Notes: generated from the letters alone by a model not told the origin. Positions 17,415-27,226 are shown, counted from the first letter of the stretch. The stretch: 32,000 nucleotides of DNA from Desulfobulbus propionicus DSM 2032 (GCF_000186885.1 NC_014972.1:1230001-1262000); one strand, 5' to 3'. Made by a program: numbers and translations.

Positions 17415-19053
17415 GCCAGAAATCCACCGGATGAAAACGCTCGGCATCGAACAGACCGCGATCGGTCAGTTTGAGGGCCGGGATCACCGGCAGGGCAAGG
17501 AAGGACAGCGTCATGAAGGGGGCGCGCAGGCTGCAGCCGCAGGCCCTCGCCGCCCGGGTGACCAGGTCATGCTCAGCCGCCGCCTGCGCACAGCCCCCGG
17601 TTGTCATCAGTCCGGCCACCGGTAGGGGCATGACGTGCAGCTGCCCCTGCCCATCCGTGACCGCCAGTCCGCCGCCATGGGCCACCACCGCATTGACGGC
17701 CCGGGCCATGAGGGCGTCGTCGGTACCGGCAACAATTACGTGGTGGGCGTCATGGGCCACGCTGGCGGCCAGGGCTCCGGCGGTCAGCCCGAAACCGGCG
17801 GCCAGCGCCAAGCCGGGCGGCGCATCAACGGTGTAGCGGTTGAACACCGCCAGTTTGACCAAATCGCGTGCCGGATCAGCGACCACCGCGCCGCCGCGCA
17901 TGGTGGGTTGGCAGCTGCCGGCATCGGTGAGCAGTTGGCCATCGCGCACCCCGATGACCCGGCAGGACCCCTTTTGTGCGGGAATGCGGAAGCTTTCCGC
18001 ATACACCGGACGCAGGACGAACTGGTTGGGACAATCGAGCGGCTCCAGGAGCGGCAAGCAGCTCTCCCCGTTCTCCGCAGCGACCTGACCGGCGAGTACC
18101 GTGCGCCGCACGCGGAAATCGCGCAGATCGTCGACCTCGATCCAATCTGCTCGGTCCCCCGGCTGCAGCAGGCCCAGGTCAAGGCGGTAGTGGCGCGCGG
18201 GGTTGACACTGGCGGCCCGCAGCACATCGAACAGATCGATACCCGCAGCCACCGCGATGCGCACCGAGGCGTCAATATGGTCCCGTGAAAGGTCATCGGG
18301 GTGTTTGTCGTCGGTGCACAGCATGCAAGCGTGCGGAAAGCGGGCGAGCACCGGCAGCAGGGCGTCGAACTGCCGGGCCGCCGATCCCCGGCGGAGCTGA
18401 ATGAACATGCCGGCCGCCGCCTTCTCCATGGCCTCGTCAAGATCGAGACACTCGTGGTCGGTGCTGATGCCGGCCTGGAGGTAGCGGCGCAGATCCTCGC
18501 CGCGCAGGCCGGGCGCGTGGCCATCCACCGGTTTGCCGCGCTGCCGGGCGGCCGCGATCTTGGCTGCGGTTTCCGCGTCTCCCGACAGCACGCCGGGGAC
18601 GTTCATCATCTCCGAGAGGTGGGAAATGTCGGGCCGGGCGAGCAATTGGGCGACCTGGGCGGCATCGAGGACTGCTCCCGCGCTATCGAATGGCGTGGCA
18701 GGTACGCAGGAGGGCGCGCCGGTGGCGAAACGAAACGGCGTCCGGGCCGCCTCGGCGAGCATGAACTCCACCCCGCGCCGGCCGAGCACATTGGCGATTT
18801 CATGGGGGTCGGTCACCGCCGCCACGGTTCCGTGGCGCACCGCTTCCCGGGCAAAGGCGGTGGGGGTGAGCATCGAACTCTCCACATGAACATGGGCATC
18901 GACCCATCCGGGCAGGAGGAAACCCGGCGCGGGCGAGGATTCGGGGACCACGGAGGCAATTCGGCCCGTGGGCCCGACTTCGATCCGCGCCCCGAACATC
19001 CGCCGATTGACCGCGTCCACCACTGTGCCGCTGACTGTCCTGACCTGTTCCAT
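17404..19053 (-). CDS. ade: Adenine deaminase
   Basis: The amidohydrolase motif LPGWVDAHVHVESSM...VTDPHEIANV and a length of 549 aa are typical of Ade. A strong SD (GGGAGGAAG) precedes the ATG at 19053. Confidence 0.9.
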   Translation of the reverse strand: MEQVRTVSGTVVDAVNRRMFGARIEVGPTGRIASVVPESSPAPGFLLPGWVDAHVHVESSMLTPTAFAREAVRHGTVAAVTDPHEIANVLGRRGVEFMLAEAARTPFRFATGAPSCVPATPFDSAGAVLDAAQVAQLLARPDISHLSEMMNVPGVLSGDAETAAKIAAARQRGKPVDGHAPGLRGEDLRRYLQAGISTDHECLDLDEAMEKAAAGMFIQLRRGSAARQFDALLPVLARFPHACMLCTDDKHPDDLSRDHIDASVRIAVAAGIDLFDVLRAASVNPARHYRLDLGLLQPGDRADWIEVDDLRDFRVRRTVLAGQVAAENGESCLPLLEPLDCPNQFVLRPVYAESFRIPAQKGSCRVIGVRDGQLLTDAGSCQPTMRGGAVVADPARDLVKLAVFNRYTVDAPPGLALAAGFGLTAGALAASVAHDAHHVIVAGTDDALMARAVNAVVAHGGGLAVTDGQGQLHVMPLPVAGLMTTGGCAQAAAEHDLVTRAARACGCSLRAPFMTLSFLALPVIPALKLTDRGLFDAERFHPVDFWLRG

Positions 19054-19128
19054 GGTTTCTTCCTCCCTACAGGGTGCGTGGAGCCGTTCGTGCTAAGCGC
19101 ATGCGGTTGCCGTGGATGCAGCGTAGCC

Positions 19129-19148
19129 AAAAATGGCAGGCATTGCCA
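19129..19148 (-). terminator. Weak candidate terminator after the MFS gene
   Basis: The minus strand reads TGGCA-atgcc-TGCCA followed by TTTTT. The stem is only 5 bp. Confidence 0.3.
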
Positions 19149-19170
19149 GTCAAGATGCGCCGCAGCCCAT

Positions 19171-20367
19171 TCACGGAGCGGGATGCCGCCGGTCTTCGTC
19201 TTGATGCCAAAGAAAGCTGCGGGCCGCCAGCGGCAGGAGAAGGGCAAAGGCGCAGGCCAGGGTGAGAAAGGCGGTCTGCAGGCCACGGGTATCGCTCACC
19301 CAGCCGATCAACGGGCCGCTGACCACGTAGCCCAGACGGAACATGAGGTTGTGCAGCGAGAGGATGCTGGCCCGCATGTGCCGGGTGGCATGCTGCTGGA
19401 GGAGGCTGCGCAGTATCGGTCCCTGGAGGCCGCGCATGGCGGTCAACAGGTAGTAGAAGAGAAAGCTGCCGATCATCGAGGTCAGTCCCAGGCCCGCATA
19501 GGCGCCGACAATCAGCAGGATAAAGAGCAGAACGATGCGGCGCAGACCAAGGAGGTCGAGCACCTTGTGGCTGTGGTAGGCGCAGACGGCGACCATCAGG
19601 TTGGCCCCGGCCCAGATGGGGCCGAACCAGGCCAGGGGCACGCCGCTCTCGCGCATGAACGGCTGCACCAGCCACACCGGATAGAAGGAGGCCAACCCGA
19701 GCAGCATGCCCAGGAGGATGGTCGCCCGCAGCGGCTTGTTCTCTCCCAGGCCATGGCGGCCGATGCGCAGCGCCTCGCTCAGGTGGGAGGTGATGTGTGG
19801 CCCCTTGTCCGCGTGGGGTTCGCGGAGCGACAGCGCCACTCCCAGGGCCGCCACCCAGACGCCGATCTGGACCATGAACGGCAGCAGGGGAGCGGTGACG
19901 TACAGCAAACCGGCACAGAGTGCGCCGCCGGCCTCGCCGATCTGCGCCCAACCGGCCATCCGGCCGTCACAGCGGGTATAGAGTTCGCTCCGGCCGCCGG
20001 CGCGCAGGGTTTCGTAGAGCAGGGCATTGTCCGAGCCGCTGATAAAGGCGTAGCAGACGCCGAGCAACAGTTCGGCGCCGATCACATGCCAAAAGCTGTG
20101 CGCGAAAAGGTAGGCGGTCCAGCCGCAGATGCCAAACACACAGGCAATGACCAGGGAAAGCCGATACCCCAAGCGATCGCTGACATACCCGGAGGGGTAT
20201 TCCATCAGCAGGTTGGCGGTGGAGAAAAAGACGTTGACCAGCAGAATCTCCGAGAGCGACAGGCCGATCTGATCTTTCCAGAACACGGTGATGATCGCCA
20301 TGGGGAAAAGCATCATCTTCAGGGCGGCGAAAATGTTGAGCTTGAGGATGTTGCTGGTGATGGTCAT
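19171..20367 (-). CDS. MFS transporter
   Basis: 398 aa with about 12 hydrophobic segments and an MFS-type loop motif (GYVSDRLGYR). Confidence 0.8.
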   Translation of the reverse strand: MTITSNILKLNIFAALKMMLFPMAIITVFWKDQIGLSLSEILLVNVFFSTANLLMEYPSGYVSDRLGYRLSLVIACVFGICGWTAYLFAHSFWHVIGAELLLGVCYAFISGSDNALLYETLRAGGRSELYTRCDGRMAGWAQIGEAGGALCAGLLYVTAPLLPFMVQIGVWVAALGVALSLREPHADKGPHITSHLSEALRIGRHGLGENKPLRATILLGMLLGLASFYPVWLVQPFMRESGVPLAWFGPIWAGANLMVAVCAYHSHKVLDLLGLRRIVLLFILLIVGAYAGLGLTSMIGSFLFYYLLTAMRGLQGPILRSLLQQHATRHMRASILSLHNLMFRLGYVVSGPLIGWVSDTRGLQTAFLTLACAFALLLPLAARSFLWHQDEDRRHPAP

Positions 20368-20624
20368 GCTGGTTGCCGTGTCCGGGGAAGAGCAGAATGG
20401 AAGGCGCGTCGTGGCGGTGCCGGCCGGGCGGCGGGCGCTCCGTGCCCGGCACAGTTCTTCTATACTGTCTCAACGCGATTTTGCCATCCGTTTTCATCGG
20501 TTGCGGTACCGGCGCGGCGGTCGCAAGCGAAAGAGTGGGTGTCCTGGCCATGGGGCTGCTTGAGAAGAAGGGCGCAATGCGCGGCCTTTCCGCGAATCCC
20601 GTATTCCCCTGGAGATCGGCTTTG

Positions 20625-21272
20625 ATGACCCTCCCATGCCCCCTGTGCTTGACCTCGGATCGGACAGAGCCGGTCCGGGGCGCGGATCGACGCCGCTATT
20701 TCCACTGCCCCCACTGCCGGCTGATCTTCACCGACCCTCGGGACATGCTATCGCCGGAACAGGAACGGGCGCGCTATGGCCAGCACCAGAACAGCATCGA
20801 GGACAGCGGTTACGTCCGCTTTCTCCAGCAGATCCTCCGGCCGATGCTGCCCTTGCTCAATCCGGCCATGCGCGGCCTGGATTACGGCTGCGGACCGGGA
20901 CCGGTCCTGTCGCAGTTGCTGCGGCGCGAAGGGCTGGCCTGCGACGACTATGACCCGCTGTTTGCCCCTGGCCCCCTGCAACCGCCCTACGATTTCATCC
21001 TCTCCACCGAATGCTTTGAGCATTTTCATGTCCCTGGACGGGAGATCGCCCGGGTATGCGGCCTGCTCGCGCCCGGCGGCCTGCTGGGGATCATGACCGA
21101 GTTCTGGACCACCCAGGATCGCTTCGCCACCTGGTCCTACACCCGCGATCGGACGCATGTCGCTTTCTATCATCGGCAGACGCTTGACGTCATTGCCCGC
21201 TGTTTCGGCCTGGAACTGTTCTGGCAGGATGGCTGCCGGGTGGCGCTGTTTCGCCGTCGACCGGCCGCGTGA
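20625..21272 (+). CDS. Class I SAM-dependent methyltransferase with N-terminal zinc ribbon
   Basis: CPLC...CPHC zinc-ribbon pairs, a GLDYGCGPG SAM-binding motif I, and LAPGGLL. ATG at 20625 follows GGAGA at 9-nt spacing. The upstream part of ORF 20373.. is rejected. Confidence 0.75.
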   Translation: MTLPCPLCLTSDRTEPVRGADRRRYFHCPHCRLIFTDPRDMLSPEQERARYGQHQNSIEDSGYVRFLQQILRPMLPLLNPAMRGLDYGCGPGPVLSQLLRREGLACDDYDPLFAPGPLQPPYDFILSTECFEHFHVPGREIARVCGLLAPGGLLGIMTEFWTTQDRFATWSYTRDRTHVAFYHRQTLDVIARCFGLELFWQDGCRVALFRRRPAA

Positions 21273-21291
21273 GGGGTGCGCCGTGCGCTGC

Positions 21292-21347
21292 GCAAACAAA
21301 AACCGGCAGAAACCGGGGCCGCCGAAACGACCCCAGCTCCTGCCGGT
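21292..21347 (-). terminator. Intrinsic terminator after the CoADR-rhodanese gene
   Basis: On the minus strand, ACCGGCAG...CTGCCGGT (8-bp outer stem, with an inner GGGG/CCCC pairing) is followed by TTTTTGTTTG. Confidence 0.6.
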
Positions 21348-21374
21348 CAGGGAGGAACATCGACAGGTTCCGGT

Positions 21375-23069
21375 TTATTTCTCGCGTGGATAGGGCCAGG
21401 CCATGATGCCGCCTTCCATGACCTTGACGTTGGTGTAGCCGTGCGCCCGCAGGATGCACTCGGCCTCGTAGCCGCGCAGCGAGATCTTGCAGAAACAGAT
21501 GATCTCCGCGTCCTTGTCGGCCGGCAGTTCATTCAGGCGTGCCCGCAGGGCGCCGAGCGGGATCAGGGTCTCGCCGATGCCCAGATGCATCTCCTCGTAT
21601 TCGTTGGGGTTGCGGCCATCGAGCAGGAACGGCTTTTCGCCGGCCTGGAGCTTGTGCCACACCTCACGCACCCCGATGCCGGTCATCCGTCCCTTGAGCT
21701 TGTTTTCCATGATGTGGGCGGCGGTGATGAAGTGGTCGATGGCCGGGGAGAAGGGCGGCGCGTAGGGCAGATCGGCATTGATCACGTCCGCGAGCTTCAG
21801 CTTGCCCTGGATGGCCATAGCGGCGGTGGCGATCTGGCGGCTGACATCACCCAGACCCACGCACTGATACCCCAGAATGCGTTGCTCCTTGTCGACCAGC
21901 AGTTTGGACACCAGAATCTTGGCGCCCATGAACCCCGGTTTGTCGGGGCTGGCATTGACCACCGTGGTGTAACCGTCCATGCCGATACGCTGAGCCGCTT
22001 TCTCCGAAAGCCCGGTGGAGCCGGCGCTGAAATCGAACACTTTGCAGATGCCGGTGTGCACCGTGCCGGGAAAAGTGGCCGTGTTGCCGCAGATGATATT
22101 CTCACCGATCACCCGGCCTTCCAGATTGGCGAGGTCGCCCATGGGAGCAAAGGCAGGACTTCCGGTGATCCGGCTGGGGATCTCGACGCAGTCGCCGCCG
22201 GCATAGATGTCCGGATCCGAGGTCTGCATGTATTGGTTGACCGTGATGCCGCCGAACGTGCCGACGGCCAGTCGCGCTTCCCGGGCCAGCTCGCTGTTCG
22301 GGCGCACGCCGATGGCCATCACCGCCAGGCCGCACTCCAGGACCGTGCCGTCGGCCAGCTTGACTCCGATCAGCTTGCCGTTCTCGCCGACAAACTCCTT
22401 GACGCCGATACCGGTCAACACCCGAACACCCTTGGCCTGCATGTGGTTCTCCACCAGCTTGGCCAGATCCCAGTCGAGGAAGGTGAGCACCTGATCCACG
22501 GCCTCGACCACCGTTACCTGGATGCCTGACTGTTGCAGGGCCTCGCAGGCCTCGACACCGATCAGGCCGCCGCCGATCACCACTGCCCGCTTGACCTCAC
22601 CGGCATCGCGAATGGCCCGCAGGTAGTCGGTGTCGGCCATGGACAGCAGGGTTGTGACCCCCGGCAGATCGATTCCCGGAATGGGCGGCATGTTGGCCCG
22701 GGCGCCGGTGGCGATGACCAGCTTGTCGTAGGCCAGCGTGGTGTGCTCACCGCTCTTGCAGTGACGGCAGGTCACCTGTTTGTTTGCCCGATTGATGGCC
22801 GTGACCTCGGTTTCGACCAGGGCGGTGATCTTTTTCGCCTTCTGGAAAAAGACCGGATCGCGAACCACCCCCGCCGGCGTGCACAGCAGGGCGTTGCGAT
22901 CATTGAATACTCCGCCGACATAGTAGGGATAGCCGCAGGAGGCCATGGACAGATCCGGGGCCTTCTGGACAATGGTGATGTCGGCAAATTCATCGAGTCT
23001 TCGTGCCTTGGCCGCGGCCTTGGCACCGGCGGCCGAACCGCCGATGACAACAATTTTTTTATTCGTCAT
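21375..23069 (-). CDS. CoA-disulfide reductase family flavoprotein with C-terminal rhodanese domain (CoA-persulfide/polysulfide reductase-like)
   Basis: FAD GxGxxG (VVIGGSAAGAKAA), CoADR-type single active-site Cys (SMASCGYPYYVGG), a second NAD(P)H GxGxxG (VVIGGGLIGVE), and a C-terminal rhodanese with the Cys loop FCKISLRG. I prefer the start at MTNKK (23069). Confidence 0.9.
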   Translation of the reverse strand: MTNKKIVVIGGSAAGAKAAAKARRLDEFADITIVQKAPDLSMASCGYPYYVGGVFNDRNALLCTPAGVVRDPVFFQKAKKITALVETEVTAINRANKQVTCRHCKSGEHTTLAYDKLVIATGARANMPPIPGIDLPGVTTLLSMADTDYLRAIRDAGEVKRAVVIGGGLIGVEACEALQQSGIQVTVVEAVDQVLTFLDWDLAKLVENHMQAKGVRVLTGIGVKEFVGENGKLIGVKLADGTVLECGLAVMAIGVRPNSELAREARLAVGTFGGITVNQYMQTSDPDIYAGGDCVEIPSRITGSPAFAPMGDLANLEGRVIGENIICGNTATFPGTVHTGICKVFDFSAGSTGLSEKAAQRIGMDGYTTVVNASPDKPGFMGAKILVSKLLVDKEQRILGYQCVGLGDVSRQIATAAMAIQGKLKLADVINADLPYAPPFSPAIDHFITAAHIMENKLKGRMTGIGVREVWHKLQAGEKPFLLDGRNPNEYEEMHLGIGETLIPLGALRARLNELPADKDAEIICFCKISLRGYEAECILRAHGYTNVKVMEGGIMAWPYPREK

Positions 23070-23134
23070 GCGCTGCCTTCCCGTTGAAAAGGTCAAAAGA
23101 AAACCGCTTGTCGGCAAGCGGTCAGAAAACCGGC

Positions 23135-23914
23135 TTATTTCCCGCTCCACACCGCCGGGCGCTTCTCCTTGAAGGCGACGATTCCTTCCTTGGCGTCGTC
23201 GGTGGCGCACAGGCGGGCAAAGGCCTCGTTCATGTAGTCAAAGGCCTTGGTGTATTCCTGGTCCGCGGCCGAGTAGAAGGCTTTTTTGGCGTGTTGCAGG
23301 GCCAGTGGACTTTTTTGCGCCAGCTTGGCGGCCCAGGTCCGGGCTTCGGTTTCCAGGTCGCCATCGGTAACCACCCGGTTGATCAGACCCATTTGTGCGG
23401 CCTCTGGGGCCGGAATGAGTTCACCGAAAAAGAGCAACTCCAGGGCCTTTTTCCTGCCCACCGACCGGCTGACCGGGATCACCGGCCCCACGCAGTTGAG
23501 GCCGACATTGATCGCGGTCAGGCCGATGCGCGCCTTCTCGCCGGCAATGGCCAGATCGGCGGCCGCCACCAGGCCGGCGCCGTTAGCGGCGGCCACGCCA
23601 TGCACCTGGGCGATCACCGGTTTGCGCATCCGGCTGATGGTCACCAGGGGCGCTTCCATGCACTCGATCCATTCCCGGTATTCCTGCACCGACTTGCCGG
23701 GAAGAAAGCTGACGTCGATACCGGCGCAAAAGGCCTTGCCCGCGCCTTTGACGAGTGCGACCCGCGCCCGGTCGTCTCGGTCGATCTCCAGCAGGGCCTG
23801 GTGCAGCTCCATAGCGAGCGGAATGTTGAAGGTGTTCAGATTCTCCGGACGATTCAGCGTGATCTCGGCCACATAATCATCGGCAAATGTTAGCGAAACA
23901 GTCTCGTACCCCAT
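23135..23914 (-). CDS. Crotonase/enoyl-CoA hydratase superfamily protein (non-canonical active site)
   Basis: ITLNRPENLN, oxyanion-hole FCAGIDV and KPVIAQVHG blocks. Strong SD (AAGGAGG). Both canonical hydratase glutamates appear to be replaced (see findings). Confidence 0.85.
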   Translation of the reverse strand: MGYETVSLTFADDYVAEITLNRPENLNTFNIPLAMELHQALLEIDRDDRARVALVKGAGKAFCAGIDVSFLPGKSVQEYREWIECMEAPLVTISRMRKPVIAQVHGVAAANGAGLVAAADLAIAGEKARIGLTAINVGLNCVGPVIPVSRSVGRKKALELLFFGELIPAPEAAQMGLINRVVTDGDLETEARTWAAKLAQKSPLALQHAKKAFYSAADQEYTKAFDYMNEAFARLCATDDAKEGIVAFKEKRPAVWSGK

Positions 23915-23946
23915 GCAAACCTCCTTGATTGACAGTGAAAGGACAC

Positions 23947-23972
23947 CTGGCTTCCGCCAGTTGTTCGACTGG
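23947..23972. promoter_or_regulatory. Two overlapping short inverted repeats between tetR and the crotonase gene (candidate operator)
   Basis: CTGGC-ttcc-GCCAG (23947-23960) and CCAGT-tgttcg-ACTGG (23957-23972). The arms are short and function is unproven. Confidence 0.25.
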
Positions 23973-24010
23973 ACGGCGCGCCTCTTCCCCAGCGGTCCCG
24001 CCTCATCCGC

Positions 24011-24577
24011 TCATTGCCTCGTTGGCGGCGCCAGCAAGGCGAGAATTCCTCGAATCGCGCTGTAGTAGGGCTCATCCGACCCCGCTGCCTTGGCCAGCAC
24101 ATAGCCGCCCTGCACCACCCCGGCAATGGTGGCGGCGATATCGTTGACATCGAGTCCGACGGCGAATTCACCGTTGGCCACGCCCTCGTCCAGCACTTCG
24201 GCCAAACGCTGCCGCAGCCAAACAAAGGTGGCATCGACCGGCCGATGCAAGTCAGGGTTGGCAACGATCTCGGGATCGGCCGTCAGCCGGCCGAGCTGGC
24301 ATCCCTGGAGAACCTGCCGTTCCTGAAGGAGAAAGGCCTCGATTCGCGCAAAGGCGGTTCCCGGGGCGGAAAGGCGCTGTTCGGTATAGGCCCTGATCTG
24401 GTCGGCGCAGCGATGGATGGCCGCCAGAGCCAACTCGGACTTGCCGCTGAAGTGATGGTACATGCTGCCTTGGCCGACACCGGCGCGCTGCTGAATAGCC
24501 TTGGGGCTGGTGCCCACATAGCCCCGTTCCCAGAGCAACGCCTGGGTGGAGGTGATCAATCGTTCCCGTGCATCCAT
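24011..24577 (-). CDS. TetR/AcrR family transcriptional regulator
   Basis: N-terminal HTH: RERLITSTQALLWERGYVGTSPKAIQQRAGVGQGSMYHHFSGKSEL. I prefer the start at MDARE (24577), preceded by AAGGGGAA. Confidence 0.85.
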   Translation of the reverse strand: MDARERLITSTQALLWERGYVGTSPKAIQQRAGVGQGSMYHHFSGKSELALAAIHRCADQIRAYTEQRLSAPGTAFARIEAFLLQERQVLQGCQLGRLTADPEIVANPDLHRPVDATFVWLRQRLAEVLDEGVANGEFAVGLDVNDIAATIAGVVQGGYVLAKAAGSDEPYYSAIRGILALLAPPTRQ

Positions 24578-24654
24578 AGATTTAGTTCCCCTTGAAAATT
24601 TACATACCAGTAGGTACAATGTTGCCTGCCGAAGTGCAAGAAAAATGTGGTACC

Positions 24655-24692
24655 TGGGCAACGATTGCGCAACCCTGTTCCCAGGGGTTGCC
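24655..24692. promoter_or_regulatory. GCAAC-based direct and inverted repeat in the tetR/EBP divergent region
   Basis: GGCAAC-gattgc-GCAACCCTG-ttcc-CAGGGGTTGCC: a 9-10 bp interrupted palindrome (24669-24691) plus an upstream GGCAAC copy. Confidence 0.3.
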
Positions 24693-24764
24693 AGCACGGG
24701 AACTGCTGATTATCAAGAATACATTTGAGCGTTGAGCGGAACAACCCATCACAAACCAACGGGC

Positions 24765-26170
<1,406 letters not shown>

Positions 26171-26183
<13 letters not shown>

Positions 26184-26263
26184 TTGCAACTATGCAACGG
26201 TGCACAGGGTCGCATGCGGATCGCCGTGCAACGCAACAACGACCGTCCGTGCCAGTGGTGCAT
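26171..26263 (+). promoter_or_regulatory. Cluster of TGCA-cored repeats; candidate upstream activating sequences
   Basis: TGCAAC at 26185, 26193 and 26227. GTGCAC (26200-26205) and GCATGC (26212-26217) are palindromes. TGCAC/GTGCA inverted arms lie at 26201-26205 and 26226-26230. The 12-mer CAGGGTCGC(G/A)TG is repeated at 26171 and 26205. The cluster sits about 60-150 bp upstream of the -24 element, with an A/T-rich stretch (26264-26300) in between. Confidence 0.4.
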
Positions 26264-26320
26264 GGAAAATAGTCTGTTTTTTCAAAGAGATTCGCTTTTG
26301 GTTGTCATGTCGCTCTATTG

Positions 26321-26335
26321 TGGCACACAATATGC
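26321..26335 (+). promoter_or_regulatory. Sigma-54 (-24/-12) promoter
   Basis: TGGCAC-acaat-ATGC matches the consensus TGGCAC-N5-TTGC with exact spacing and one mismatch. It lies 13 nt upstream of an AGGTGA SD and the ATG at 26348, directly downstream of an EBP gene. Confidence 0.7.
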
Positions 26336-26347
26336 TTTTAGGTGAGT

Positions 26348-26872
26348 ATGAAAGCACGAGGCCCAGGGAAAAAAATTGCCGTCACCGTCTGGGAGCAGCG
26401 GGTTTCGCCGGTGTTTGATTCGGCTCGTACCCTGTTGATCGCGGAGATCAACGGCAATGCCTTGGTCGGGACGTCCCTGCTCGCCTTTGATCCCGAACGG
26501 CCGGGAGAACTGTTGCAGATGCTTCGTGCCCAGCAGGTGATGCTGATTATCTGCGGCGCGGTGTCGGAAGGGCCGGCGTCCATGCTCGAGGCTGCGGGGG
26601 TGGAACTGATCCCCTTCATCACCGGTGACGTTCGCCAGGTCCTTGCACAGTATCTGCTGGGTCGGCCCTTTGGTCCGGAATTTCGCATGCCGGGTTGCGG
26701 CAAGCAGATCTGTTGTCGCGGCAGAATCCGGCGCGGACGGGAAATCGGGGCTGGTTCGGTCACCGCTGGGTGGATTGGTGGCGGCCGGACAGGCCGGGGC
26801 GAAAAGAGCGCCATCAACGAGGGGGCGGAGAAGCTGCCGGAAACGCCGGCATCTTCGTGGAAACACGAATGA
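26348..26872 (+). CDS. NifB/NifX-family (dinitrogenase FeMo-cofactor-binding fold) protein with Cys/Gly/Arg-rich C-terminal tail
   Basis: KIAVTVWEQRVSPVFDSARTLLIAEI...MLIICGAVSEGPASMLEAAGVELIPF matches the RxSPxFD subtype of small NifX-like proteins. The tail is MPGCGKQICCRGRIRRGREIG...GGGRTGRG. Confidence 0.8.
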   Translation: MKARGPGKKIAVTVWEQRVSPVFDSARTLLIAEINGNALVGTSLLAFDPERPGELLQMLRAQQVMLIICGAVSEGPASMLEAAGVELIPFITGDVRQVLAQYLLGRPFGPEFRMPGCGKQICCRGRIRRGREIGAGSVTAGWIGGGRTGRGEKSAINEGAEKLPETPASSWKHE

Positions 26873-26910
26873 ACGCCTGAAAGAACAACAGCGAGCGACG
26901 GAGGGAGAAT

Positions 26911-27135
26911 ATGCCTGGAATGGATGGAAAAGGTCCGACAGGAACCGGTCCCATTGGCCGGGGAATGGGCAACTGCCAGCAAAACACCACAAACGGGGAA
27001 AACGTTACGGATCAATCCCAACAACCCGCAGGAAGCGGTATGGGGGTGGGAAGAGGCCGCGGCATGGGCAACAGATGTTCCGGTGGAGCCGGGCGCTGCG
27101 GTCGCGGTGGAGGCGGTCGAAGGGGGAATCGCTGA
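26911..27135 (+). CDS. DUF5320-family small Gly/Arg-rich protein
   Basis: The N-terminus MPGMDGKGPTGTGPIGRGMGNC matches the DUF5320 signature as I recall it (MPxxDGTGPxGxGPxTGRGxGxC). Strong SD (GGAGGGAGA). Confidence 0.75.
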   Translation: MPGMDGKGPTGTGPIGRGMGNCQQNTTNGENVTDQSQQPAGSGMGVGRGRGMGNRCSGGAGRCGRGGGGRRGNR

Positions 27136-27180
27136 ATTGGGGTAATTGCCCCTCCCCTGACAACAACAGTGCACAGATCA

Positions 27181-27211
27181 ACGGTTGTCGGAATTGACAG
27201 CCGTTTTTTTT
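27181..27211 (+). terminator. Intrinsic terminator inside the cluster, abutting the next gene's SD
   Basis: 9-bp stem ACGGTTGTC/GACAGCCGT (one G-U pair), a 6-nt loop, and T8 (27204-27211). AAGGAG (27212-27217) follows immediately, then the TTG start at 27227. Confidence 0.7.
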
Positions 27212-27226
27212 AAGGAGAGAACAGCG

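Noticed and set aside
18301-20625. 774-aa + strand ORF
   Set aside because: It runs antisense across ade, the intergenic region and the MFS gene, and has Gly/Ala/Arg-rich shadow composition.
21276-22529. 417-aa + strand ORF
   Set aside because: It is antisense to the CoADR-rhodanese gene.
24647-24668. Sigma-54-like elements TGGTAC... and TGGGCA-ACGA-TTGC upstream of the EBP gene
   Set aside because: The GG-to-GC spacing is one nucleotide short (N4 instead of N5) or the -12 element is missing. Sigma-54 spacing is strict.
26625-27197. 190-aa + ORF overlapping the NifX-like A tail and the DUF5320 gene in another frame
   Set aside because: It has no SD. It overlaps two ORFs that have strong SDs and family signatures, and it runs through the intrinsic terminator.
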